NCBI RefSeq assembly: GCF_006345805.1
Contig: NC_043000.1
Location: 10,044,001 to 10,108,000 of the forward strand
Reading direction: 5' to 3'
DNA from: Octopus sinensis
Lineage: Eukaryota
Length of the DNA: 64,000 nucleotides
The notes beneath the pieces are model-generated. The model had not been told where the DNA came from, ran no database searches, and saw nothing but the letters and a program-made list of their open reading frames with translations. Positions 11,941-24,349 of this stretch are shown here, in pieces; the stretch's first letter is position 1; each line of letters begins with the position of its first letter. Both the position numbers and the translations under genes were made by a program.

Positions 11941-11976
<36 letters not shown>

Positions 11977-12140
11977 AAATGAGAAAATGGAGAAACATAC
12001 CTAAATCAATCATCAACCATCAGATAATACCCAATCAATACTTTATTAAACCATTACACAACAGCAATGACATTATACATAATATATTATAAATATAACT
12101 AGATATAGAAGTAGAAATAGAAAATACAATTACATTGTAG

Positions 12141-12249
12141 CTGACAGCTGTTTCGGCCGTGAAGACAGGTATGTCCCATTTAACCTATTAGCCATATAAA
12201 GCAGGTATAAATGGGATATTAACAAGAATGTCTCACGGCCTCTTCAGAG
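12141..12249 (-). ncRNA. Type I hammerhead ribozyme motif with long stem II, GUC triplet, weak stem I
   Basis: CU-CUGAAGA-GGCCGUGAGACA...UGUCUUCACGGCC-GAAAC-AGCU-GUC-AG. Palindromic stem III ACAGCUGU. Confidence 0.75.
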
Positions 12250-12467
12250 AATTTAATGTAAGTATGAAAAAAATTTACATATAAATATAAAAATGTGTGC
12301 ATAGACACTCATAATTCTACACATATATATATACACAATAATACAATATAAACAATATATATCAATATACATTAACAAACACAATAATGTTCCATATTGA
12401 ACTCATAGTTCTATAACCAACATCAAGGAAATACATGTACACTCACATTTAAATTTAAAGCAGGCAT

Positions 12468-12882
12468 AGGCGCAGGAGTGGCTGTGTGGTAAGTAGCTTG
12501 CCTACCAACCACATGGTTCTGGGTTCAGTCCCACTGCGTGGCATCTTGGGCAAGTGTCTTCTGCTATAGCCTCGGGCCGACCAATGCCTTGTGAGTGGAT
12601 TTGGTAGACGGAAACTGAAAGAAGCCTGTCGTATATATGTATATATGTATGTATGTATGTGTATGTATATGTTTGTGTGTCTGTGTTTGTCCCTCTAGCA
12701 TTGCTTGACAACTGATGCTGGTGTGTTTACGTCCCCGTCACTTAGCGGTTCGGCAAAAGAGACCGATAGAATAAGTACTGGGCTTACAAAGAATAAGTCC
12801 CGGGGTCGATTTGCTCGACTAAAGGCGGTGCTCCAGCATGGCCGCAGTCAAATGACTGAAACAAGTAAAAGAGTAAAAGAGA
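12468..12882 (+). mobile_element. SINE family A, full length
   Basis: Starts aggcgcaggagtggctgtgtggtaag and ends gactgaaacaagtaaaagagtaaaagag. Confidence 0.85.
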
Positions 12883-12958
12883 AAGAGAGATATATATTTA
12901 ACAGTCCAGTCTATTAAAATGTATAACCACACAAAAAGTCAATAAAATTAATATTAAT

Positions 12959-13011
<53 letters not shown>

Positions 13012-13060
13012 GCATGATTGTACCATGTAAAGCAAGCGGACATCCACACATATATATATA

Positions 13061-13123
13061 TGGTAAAATGAAAGACGGCAATGGAATATACAAGAATTTT
13101 TATTATATATACATATATATATG

Positions 13124-13193
<70 letters not shown>

Positions 13194-13195
13194 AA

Positions 13196-13254
<59 letters not shown>

Positions 13255-13306
13255 AATGTATATATATTATATATATACATTTATATATATATATATATAC
13301 ATTCAC

Positions 13307-13338
<32 letters not shown>

Positions 13339-13390
13339 GTATATATAATAAAAATTCTTGTATATTCCATTGCCGTCTTTCATTTTACCA
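13061..13390. repeat. 52-bp inverted repeat around an (AT)n tract
   Basis: 13061-13112 tggtaaaatgaaagacggcaatggaatatacaagaatttttattatatatac is the reverse complement of 13339-13390. Confidence 0.9.
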
Positions 13391-13493
13391 TATATATATA
13401 TATATATATATATGCTTATGACAAGTGAGGGAGGACTGGCACTTATACTGTGAACGTATAGAGAGAAATCTTTCAGATTTATCAAACTTTCAG

Positions 13494-13599
13494 ATTTATC
13501 TTCAAACAATGGCGTCAGTAACAATACTACAACATCAAAGAGAATATGAGGGTCTTAATAATTTAATCAACCAGCTGAAAAAGAATCAGTATATATCTC
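13494..13599 (+). CDS. Candidate first coding exon (MASVTILQHQREYEGLNNLINQLKKNQYIS), product unknown
   Basis: ctttcag acceptors ending at 13476 and 13493, acaATGG at 13509, donor gtgagt at 13600. No homology recognised. Confidence 0.25.
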
Positions 13600-14658
13600 G
13601 TGAGTTTTCTCAGAACCAATGTAAATATAATTTGTTTCACTTTTAAAGTAACAAACCTTTCATTCACACACACACACATACACGTGCGTGTACGCGTTAC
13701 GCTAAATAACAGATATCGTTGACTACGTAAACTTAGTTAAATACCGTCAAACAGATGATATTGTCCCCTAGCAATCGTGTTATGTGATTTAAAATAATTC
13801 TATAAATACCTAATTTTCTCTATTTTTAAAGACTGTGTTAAATCTTTGGCAAGCTATTGTCTACTGCTAACTTTCGTACGGTAAAGCAATCCTATATTCT
13901 GTTGGGAAATTTATCGAGAAGTTTATTTAAAAGTTGTTAGAAAAATCAGTTTCCTTATCAGAAGGCTTTTTTTCGCTTTTTTCTCGGGAGAGGTATAAAC
14001 AATTCGATGTTGGTTACCTGTTCATTGCAAATTTGTCAAAGTTAGAAAATAATTTTACTGTCATTCTGGCGTTCTACCGGTGCAGTAATCACACCTTTCG
14101 TATTCTAACACTAATATCGACAGATAAAAGTTCTCAGTTCAAATCTTTTCTAGTACTGAGTCACTATCATTGAAAATAAGGTAAAATATAACGACCGGAC
14201 ATGGAGCTGATCGAATCGTCGTGCATATATGTAAATACTGGTTTCAAATTTTGGCGCAAGAACAGCAGTTTCAGGAGGAGGGAGAAAATCGATTATATCG
14301 ACCACAATGCCCATCTGGTACTTATTTTATTGACCTCGGAAGGGTGGTATTTGACAAAGTCAACCATGGTGGTGTTTGGACTGAGTAGGTAAAGACAGAC
14401 GAAATGCTGCAGCTAAGCATTTTTTCTCCAGCGTACTAACGTTTGAGCCACCTCGCCACCTTAATGTACGCGTAACTATTAAAACGTATATACATATACA
14501 TACATATCTATATCTATGTATGTGTGTGTATTTGTATACATACATATATATATATATATATATACCCACAAACACACACTCACACACGCACACACATATA
14601 TGTATATATACACATACATACATATATACATATCTATCTATCTATCTATCTATTTATC

Positions 14659-14738
<80 letters not shown>

Positions 14739-14753
14739 GACAGACAGACAGAC

Positions 14754-14790
<37 letters not shown>

Positions 14791-14820
14791 TATGTATGTA
14801 CGTATATATGTATGTATGTA

Positions 14821-14857
<37 letters not shown>

Positions 14858-16174
14858 TAATCCAATGTGGAATTTATATTTTAATGCATCTCTACGTGCA
14901 TTTGCACAAATCACATGTCTCTTACAATCATAGTTCGTATGCCTGGGATAATTACTGTACAGTCCGTAATATCCATGGGCATCGAGTGGATTATAGTATA
15001 TATGTATAATATATATACATATTTCATCTCTAAAATGGGGTCAATTATCCGAAAAATTATAGTATTAATATATTTGAAGCTTATTTGTCCTTCACTCAAA
15101 CATTTTATCACGAATGAAATTGCTTATATTTTAGTTTATAAACTAAGTCTGACTCTTAGTATGTCAGACGAAAATAACACAGCCGATAAACAAAAGGTGT
15201 TGTTATTAATGAGTTAAAGTTAATTAAAAACTGGCGTGTTATATTTGTATAGCTTGAAGACAAATGTTATAACAGATGAGATCTGCAGGTTAATTAACTG
15301 CTCTTGTATTTGCGTTTGTTCCATAATACAAGTTGAACATCTCTTTAAAATAGATTTCTCGAAAAGGGAATTGTGTATACTGAAGCAATATCAATAAATA
15401 ATGAACCGTATTAGAATAGACACACCTCTAAATAGAATTTTAATCAGAAAACATTTATTTTATTTATTTCATCGTATTGTAATTAGTGATTAGTTCAGCT
15501 AATTTTGTTGTATCAGTTTTTACTCACATCATCTTGCGATGCAGCTGGTAACATCACTGACGATATGTTTAAGTGCATCACAAGATGATTAGTGAATAAC
15601 ATTTGGGCTACATTTGCTCAACTGATCACGAATTACAGTAGGGCTTCAGATTCGAATTAACAGATTAACTTCATCTTATTTCAGATTAAAACTTAAATAC
15701 GTTGAGTATTGATTGTGTTAAATATCTGCTGTAGATAGATGGTAATCGATTCTGCAATAAAATATTAAAAATTGATCAAGGAAATATTGAAATATTCATA
15801 GTCTCTCGATTTTTTTCACGGTAAACATGTTTTTAAACATATCTTTAAAAATTCATTTCGTAGTTTTGTAGTATCAAAGTAAAACAATAAAAAATAAAGT
15901 AATTTATTACTGAAAGAATTTTTCTGCATTAATCTTCTTACGTTCTATATCAGTTATTAAAAGCATTGTTAGATAATTCGGTCACACTAACATCTCATAA
16001 CTGTTTTGGAACAATTTCTTTTTCTAATCAAGATTGAATTTTTTTTATTTACGTTGCAATATCTACAATATTGTGTGCCAAAATCTATATCACAATATTA
16101 CCTTTTTTGATACAAACCAATGTGAATGAAGAACCATCAAGTACGTCGAGTTGTAGAAGGATTTTATCCAGTGT

Positions 16175-16660
16175 GTGAACTGAACCAATTTGAGTTAACT
16201 GTAACAGTGTGAGGATTCAGAAGAATCAACGGATGCAGTGAGCCAACAAGAGATCAACCTACGAGAGAGCTGAAATGAGTCAATGAAGGAGTTAGGTTAA
16301 CGAGGGAGCTGAATCAAGGAGGGTTTTGGACCACTGTGAGGGGTGACCGAAAGAAGAAACTAATCTAACGAGAGAATTAAATCATCAAAGGAACTGAACC
16401 AACGAGGAAAACAAACTATTGAGTTCATCATCAATCTGAATCAATAAGGGAGGCGATCCCATGAAAGAGTAGAGGTTAGGAGAGAGTTAAATCAATGAGA
16501 GGCTGAACAAATGAAGGAGTTTGATCAAAGACTCGGCAGGGCTAATGAGCGAGGCGAGTCAATAAGGGAGTTGAGATAGTGCAACGAGTCGGCTGAGCAA
16601 ACTATGAATTGGGAACTGAACTATGAATCAACTGAAACAACGAGGGAATTGAATTGTGGA
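16175..16660. repeat. Degenerate ~19-20-bp minisatellite, consensus near ctgaa(c/t)caa(t/c)gagggagtt
   Basis: Variants at about 16180, 16307, 16391, 16436, 16484, 16503, 16556 and 16632. Confidence 0.6.
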
Positions 16661-17096
16661 GTGAGCATAGACAACGAGTTAGTGATCTTCTACTTGGTCC
16701 TTCAACCTGCAAGAAATAAGACCGGAAACACCTTCAAGATAGACAATTCCACCTTAAAAGATATTAAATAATGTCACAATGATCGAATAAAGGAAGGGAT
16801 TGTCACAGCTCTAAATGACATTTTTAATGGCTTAGTCTAAGGCGAAAGAGTAACGTCAATACCTTTCCAACGTCCCAGCGACCTGTATGAATGAATGAAT
16901 GAGAAGAATATAAGTTACTTTTTAGCAAAACACCTGAATGCTTCCAACAAACAGAGCGCATAAAACCAAGTACTCGGTAGTCAGATAGTTCTAAATCTGC
17001 TCAACCACAGCTTTCCTGGAACTAAAAAATACCACCACCACCACCACCGCCACAGCTAGCACAACGACGACGACGATGACGACGACGACGACGACC

Positions 17097-17127
<31 letters not shown>

Positions 17128-17139
17128 TCAATAACAACA

Positions 17140-17590
17140 ACGTGGCTCGGCGCTGCCACAAGCGGATGCCGCTATCGATACAGCCATTCGTCAGGCGGTT
17201 ATTCGTCGAACGTTCCAGCCAACGCCAATTCAACAACTCCGTCTGAAGGAAGTCTTCACGAAGAAGCTGGATGGAAGAACCGAAGCAGCCCTCTCGAAGG
17301 CAGACTTCACACACATGATCCGCTTCCGTAGTGTAGTGGTCATCATCCGGCACTCAGGCGGTAGCAAAAGATGGCAGGACGCAGCGACACAGATCAATGC
17401 AGACTCTGTAACGAGGAGGTGGAATCTGCAGAACATCTCTGGCTGAGATGTCCGGCCCTGATGGTGGAACGCTATATCCGCCAACTGGGGGCTACAATCG
17501 ATGAGATGATTCGTTTCCCTTCCGGGGCTCTGGCGCTTCTGAGAGTCATCCTCAGGCCCTTGAGGCGACCAAGGAGAAGAAGAAGAAAAA
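17140..17590 (+). mobile_element. 5'-truncated LINE 3' end (I/Nimb/Ingi-type ORF2 C-terminus) with (AAG)n tail
   Basis: ...FTHMIRFRS/GHHPALRR...CRLCNEEVESAEHLWLRCPAL (CCHC), followed by gaagaagaagaa. Confidence 0.65.
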
Positions 17591-18707
17591 AGGCGGCGAG
17601 CTGGCAGAAAAGTCTGCCGCTACCTTCTGAGTTCAAATTCCGCCGAGGTCAACTTTGCCTTTCATCCTTTCGGGGTCGATTAAATAAGTACCAGTTACAC
17701 ACTGGGGTCGATATAATCGACTTAATCCGTTTGTCTGTCCTTGTTTGTCCCTTCTGTGTTTAGCCCTTGAGGGTAGTAAAGAAATAGAAATAGGAATTTC
17801 ATCTGTCGTTACGTTCTGAGTTCAAATTCCGCCGAGGTCGACTTTGCCTTTCATCCTTTCGGGGTCGATTAAATAAGTACCAGTTACACACTGTGGTCGA
17901 TATAATCGACTTAATCCGTTTGTCTGTCCTTGTTTGTCCCTTCTGTGTTTAGCCCCTTGAGGGTAGTAAAGAAATAGAAATAGGAATTTCATCTGTCGTT
18001 ACGTTCTGAGTTCAAATTCCGCCGAGGTCGACTTTGCCTTTCATCCTTTCGGGGTCGATTAAATAAGTACCAGTTACACACTGTGGTCGATATAATCGAC
18101 TTAATGCGTTTGTCTGTCCTTGTTTGTCCCTTCTGTATTTAGCCCCTTGAGGGTAGTAAAGAAATAGAAGTAGGTATTTCATCTGTCGTTACGTTCTGAG
18201 TTCAAATTCCACCGAGGTCGACTTTGCCTTTCATCCTTTCGGGGTCGATTAAATAAGTACCAGTTACACACTGTGGTCGATATAATCGACTTAATGCGTT
18301 TGTCTGTCCTTGTTTGTCCCTTCTGTGTTTAGCCCCTTGAGGGTAGTAAAGAAATAGAAATAGGTATTTCATCTGTCGTTACGTTCTGAGTTCAAATTCC
18401 ACCGAGGTCGACTTTGCCTTTCATCCTTTCGGGGTCGATTAAATAAGTACCAGTTACACACTGGGGTCGATATAATCGACTTAATCCGTTTGTCTGTCCT
18501 TGTTTGTCCCTTCTGTGTTTAGCCCCTTGAGGGTAGTAAAGAAATAGAAATAGGTATTTCATCTGTCGTTACGTTCTGAGTTCAAATTCCACCGAGGTCG
18601 ACTTTGCCTTTCATCCTTTCGGGGTCGATTAAATAAGTACCAGTTACACACTGGGGCCGATGTAATCGACTTAATCCCTTTGTCCTTGTTTGTCCTCTCT
18701 ATGTTTA
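17590..18707 (+). repeat. Tandem array of six SINE family B bodies, period 189-190 bp, one A-box head
   Basis: gttcaaattc at 17631, 17820, 18010, 18200, 18390 and 18580. Confidence 0.92.
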
Positions 18708-19148
18708 GCAGCAATTTTTCCGATTGTCTTTGATTAAGAAATTGGCTATAGCACCAGTCAAGCAAATATAACTGGATGTCTTACACCAGTTATCCTTATC
18801 CACCAGTTTGTAGAATCTCCTGTTAAATTTTAGAGAGTAATCTTTTACTAATTACCTCTCACAATTATACGCAAATAACAACAAAAAGTGTTTAATGATA
18901 GATTGGAATATAATAGCATGGAATATTATGCATCAAGGATGTAATTATTTGATTACTAATATTAGGAGATTGGTGGAAAATATAAAGACAGAGGTAAATA
19001 GAAAGTTGTGGCGGTGGGATAGAGGTTTCCTGATTAGAACGTAATAAACAGTGAAAAGGCAGAAATCAGGAAGTGAAAGAAAAGTTCAAGGATAGAAAGA
19101 TAGATAGATAGATAGATAGTAAGTAAAAGAGTGAAGAAGTGAGGAAAT

Positions 19149-19187
<39 letters not shown>

Positions 19188-19509
19188 TGAGACAGAACGT
19201 AGCTGACATAAGGAAAAGATGAAAAAAATGTTTAAAAAGAAGTAATGAGTGAAAGAGATAAAGAAAGAGAAAAGAAAACCGAAAGATTCCTATAGCTTGT
19301 TTTCTTCTATTTCTTTAATATTTGAGAAGAATATATATATATGTATGTATGTATGTATATATGTATGTATGTATGTATGTATTCACACGCACACACTACA
19401 CACTCATGAAGAGCTAAATATCGCAGAATATAAAATAGATCTAGAAAAATAAACTTTAATTTCTGAATGTAATTAACTATTGAAATTCTAATTTCCGATA
19501 TCTCTATAC

Positions 19510-19560
<51 letters not shown>

Positions 19561-20019
19561 GTGATGGTAGTTGTGGTGGTGAGTATAATGGTGGAGGTAG
19601 TGGTGGTGATGGTAAAGATGGTGATGACGACGACGAAGCAGCGGTTGATTGATGATAATAATACTGATAATTGATCTGAGAGAGGTTATAGTAACAGCTA
19701 GAAAATACACTCGATATGAATTATTACAGGTTGTTGGATTTGTTGTTTCTTTGTTGCTTTTTCTTGTATTTCTTTTATTCTTGTTTTTGTTGTTCTTTAG
19801 CTTCAAATCCATCTTGCCGTCCCGTTTTAGAACTATATTTCTGTGTGCTCTTCCTTTATTTATGACCAAACAATACAATTTGAGGGAGACTTTTACTGCT
19901 ACTTTTAACACGTAGAGCTAGCACAATTATACTGTAACCTTATCCAGCAATCCCTCCAAGCAGCATTCTTTCATTATATGCAAGATCACCGCCTCCCATA
20001 AATGAATACATATTGTTTT

Positions 20020-20215
20020 TAGAACTGTGGAGGGTTTGCATGTGTTTGAGATTAATGAACAACTTCTAATTGTCTTTTCTCTATACGAATGCCCAGATGT
20101 TTGTGTTCAGATCAGTGGAGTTAAGTCGAAACTTTTCAATGAAGCTATTGAAGTTCGGCAGGAGTACGTATTGTCACTACCCCTTTTCATAATTTTTATG
20201 AACTGGATTGACATG
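20020..20215 (+). pseudogene. Old RT fragment of an RTE-type LINE
   Basis: SLYECPDVCVQISGVKSKLFNEAIEVRQEYVLSLPLFIIFMNWID resembles the GLRQGCVLSPLLF..FMD motif. Confidence 0.55.
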
Positions 20216-20355
20216 CATGATTTTATGAACTACTTCAGTTGTATTAAGTTAACAAAACATCTTCTATGGGAATATGTGAGATATTTCATTAGTTGTTTGT
20301 TGTTGACGTTTAGACGGAAGTAAGCTCTAATCAAGCAGATTTATGATCAATGATG

Positions 20356-20790
20356 TCCTATTTCTTTACTACCCACAATGGGCTAAACACAGAGAGGACA
20401 AACAAGGACAGACAAACGGATTAAGTCGATTACATCGACCCCAGTGAGTAACTGGTACTTAATTTATCGATCCTGAAAGGATGAAAAGCAAAGTCGACCT
20501 CGGCGGAATTTGAACTCAGAACGTAACGGCAGACGAAATACCTATTTCTTTACTACTCACAAGGGGCTAAACACAGAGCGGACAAACAAGGACGGACAAA
20601 CAAGGACAGACAAACGGATTAAATAAATTATATCGACCCCTGTGCATAACTGGTACTTAATTTATCGACCCCCAAAGGATGAAAGGCAAAGTCGACCTCG
20701 GCGGAATTTGAACTCAGAACGTAACAGCAGACGAAATACCACTGAGCATTTCGTCCGGCGTGCTAACGTTTCTGCCAGCTCGCCGCCTTT
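20356..20790 (-). mobile_element. SINE family B dimer
   Basis: Junction gacgaaatac|ctatttcttt at ~20540. Confidence 0.8.
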
Positions 20791-21758
20791 GGTCAGTGAT
20801 GTCCTAACCATGACTGTCCCTCACGGAAGACACAGTATATCCAAGACTACATTATCCAATATGCCCTTCCATGTTTTAAGACAGAAAGGAATTATATAAG
20901 AGAGATTTCACTGGTTCATCTAGCAGAGCAAGTGCCCGCATTGAGATTCCCTCGATAACTCACCTAATCTTCCATAAACGTACCATGTTCACACCAACAC
21001 AGACTTTCAAAACAGCAAGGAATCAAGGATGGTAGTAACCATTTTAGGACCAAGATGTGAATTACAAGCACAGAAAAAAAAAAACTGGAAGCAGAATTAT
21101 ATCCAGAAAACTAATGAGTCTTTAATTTTGCAAATTTATAAATAAGCACGCAATCGCTATAAGCTGTATTAACTAAACTATTTTATGCTTTAATTAACGA
21201 GACACTTATAGCGAAATACCGTAGACCCCCACAAAGTATAATGTTTAATATTTAATGAAACTTCTTACGTTCATCGTATCTTAATGAGAAAGTTAGTTCT
21301 GCTTTATTTAGCAAACTTCAAGCAAGTTGGACAGGATTGATGATGCAGTAATTTTATATTGGCTTGCAATGTCATTATCCGCAAGTCAAACACGCAACAA
21401 TATCTGGCATAAATGTAACCTTGACAAGCGATAAAAACAGCGATGTAATTTTAATGCGCCATTCCTTAAAATTAGAATCTTATTCAATATCTTCATAGGA
21501 TATATAAATTCCAAAAATAGCTAAACTATATTTGGACATCAAAGTGTTATTCATTTGTAAATGAATTAATTCGAATCGCAAGGAATCAGAACAGGCATTT
21601 TAACAAAAGAAGTTTTGTATATTCGTAGTTTAAGTTCATAATTTTGTAAATATCGAAACGTTATGCAATTGATCCATACAACTGAAATATTCTGTAGTAT
21701 TTTCTCTCATTGATTTTAGTTTCTGTTATTTTAGTATTGGAAAATTAACTGTACAGCA

Positions 21759-21827
<69 letters not shown>

Positions 21828-22644
21828 ATATATTTAGTTGAGTTACGAACAATTGCATCATTGATTCAAATCTTCTGATATTAATAAGATTAGATGTAAT
21901 AATTTCACGTGGTTCTCGCACTTGGAAATTTAAGTCATTTATGGAGCTACTGATATCGACCAAAAATACTAAATTGCGTAACCATTCTGCTGTTCTACGT
22001 CGTTTTTACATCCATGTGAAACTGGAAGGCTATGATAAACAAAAAGAACGTATCTAACACCCTTACATACAAAAAGTAAAGAACGCCAAAAAACGAAAGA
22101 AAAGAAAATGGGAAGACAAATGTGAAATGTTTTCGTGGTCGCCATTAATTGGAAGGCATTATAAATGATTTCTAACTCCTTGAGAATGAGTTGTACCTTC
22201 AACCTTAGTAACCTTTTAAGAACTAATTCTAAACTGTGGTCTCTCTCTGGTCGGTAGCTTTTGCATTGAAATAAATAATGCCATAAAGTGTATTTGAGAG
22301 TCTCAACAAACTGATTAAAGGTGGTTATATATAATCTGTTCGTTGTAGAATAAAGCTGAAAGGATGTGGTTCACTAGTAGCCGACTTATTTTTTTTTTTT
22401 TTACTAACATTGTTCACCCTATACTGAGCAGGCATGGCTACGCAACCACGTAGTCTCAAGTTGAGTCCCATGTAGTGGAGTGAATTTGCTAGATGGAAAC
22501 TGTGTATGTGCGTATGTGCGAGCGCGCGTATTTATGTGCCTCCCCCCGCTTGACACCGGTGCTGGTTTGTTTACGTTTCCTTAACTTAGTGGTTCAGCAC
22601 AAACACTGATAGATTACTGACCTTTGACTGAAACAAGTTTTCCT

Positions 22645-22854
22645 TATTCTTTTTCATTCTTTTATTTGTTTCAATCATTTGACTGCAGTCATGCTGGGGC
22701 ACCGCCTTTAGTCGAGCAAATCGACCCCAGGACTTATTCTTTGTAAACCTAGTACTTATTCTATCGGTCTCTCTTGCCGGGGACGTAAACACACCAGCAA
22801 CGGTTGTCAAGCGATGTTGGGGGTGGGGGAACAAACACAGACATACAAACATAT

Positions 22855-22922
<68 letters not shown>

Positions 22923-22943
22923 ATATTATATATATATATATAT

Positions 22944-22975
<32 letters not shown>

Positions 22976-23175
22976 GTGTGTGTGTGTGGTGTGTGTGTGT
23001 GTGTATATATACGATGGGCTTCTTTCAGTTTCCGTCTACAAAATCCACTCACGAGGCTTTGGTCGGCCCGAAACTATAGTAGAATACACTTGCCCAAGCT
23101 TTCAGGCAGTGGGACCGAACCCGGAACCATGTGGTTGGGAAGCAAGCTACTTACCGCACAGCCACTCCTGCGCCT
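22645..23175 (-). mobile_element. SINE family A with an expanded internal (AT)n/(GT)n tract
   Basis: Matches 9017-9427 on both sides of the microsatellite. Confidence 0.8.
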
Positions 23176-23876
23176 ATGTAAAACATAAAAGATAAAATTA
23201 TGAAACGTCTTATATATTTCTAAATCTAGTTGAGATAATGGAGACCTCTATTGATTCTTTGCAACAATTCTCCACAACTGACAACGATCTTTTTATTAAT
23301 TGATTTAATATGTTATCTACACCTATCCTTTCGCCTGAATGCCAAATCATTTGCTTTCTTATTTCCATTAATATCTATATGGTCTGGTATCCAAATCATT
23401 CTTACTACTTATATTTTCTTTTTCCTGTTTCGGTCGTTGGACAACTGTCATGCTTGGACACAGCCTTGAAAGATTTAGTTGACCAAATCGACCCCAGTAT
23501 ATATTTTCGTTATTACTTATTACTTATTTACCAGTCTCTTTTGGCAAAACGCTAAGCTACGGGGAAGTAAACAAAGCAAACACTGGCTTTCAGACGGTAG
23601 TGGGGGACAAATACAAACATAAAGACACATACGTGTACATACATATATATATGCATACATGCATGTACACACACACACACACGCACACACACACACACAT
23701 ACACACACACGCACACGTACACACATACACGCAGACACACACACATATATATATATATAGGAGAGAATTTTAACTGGCGACTGTTGGTGCTCTCATCTGC
23801 AATTGCTTTCGGAGTAAGAAGGCTGGGAGAATTTTTCTTCCGGGGAAGAGAACCACTCAGGACTCTTTTCTTTCGC

Positions 23877-23939
<63 letters not shown>

Positions 23940-23958
23940 TATTATTATTATTATTATT

Positions 23959-24292
23959 GAGTGAGAGAGCAGTGCATGCCATCAAAGTGACACTGGGGTA
24001 AAATATACGAAGCCCAGTATACCCATCATGACTACCCGTCTGATAAGGGTACACCAGGCACATGCATCACAACCATATGTGCGCGGCATGATGATCTCAT
24101 ATCAAAATAAACAGCACATGACCTTGCAGGTGGGGCCCAGTTAGAATTTTCTTCAGGTTGAGTAGCCCATCCTGCTCAAAAGGTCCCTGAATAAGGGTTG
24201 TTTAAGGATGTTGAAAGAACCACCCATGTTTCCAGAGGTGAATTATTCAAACCCTAAAGAATCCCTCTCAACACATGGCTATGATGCTCCCC

Positions 24293-24293
<1 letters not shown>
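23959..24293 (-). mobile_element. ~335-bp non-coding element embedded between two (TAA)n arrays, probably a non-autonomous retroelement
   Basis: Sharp GC-richer block with (TTA)n at 23877-23958 and 24294-24348. Strand inferred from a (TAA)n tail. Confidence 0.55.

Positions 24294-24349
<56 letters not shown>

Larger units (their letters stand above)
9931..11973 (-). mobile_element. Penelope-like element 3' end in two tandem 1038-bp units (pLTR-like)
   Basis: Units start at 9931 and 10969, differ by only a few substitutions and are separated by an (AT)n tract. Each holds a GIY-YIG fragment and an HHR. Confidence 0.85.

Noticed and set aside
17590-18707. Regular array considered as CRISPR or a tRNA gene cluster
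   Set aside because: Units are near-identical 190-mers without unique spacers, match a dispersed SINE and lack complete cloverleaves. There are no cas genes and the context is eukaryotic.
24135-24165. Minus-strand CUGAAGA inside the TAA-embedded element
   Set aside because: No downstream GAAA or closing stems.
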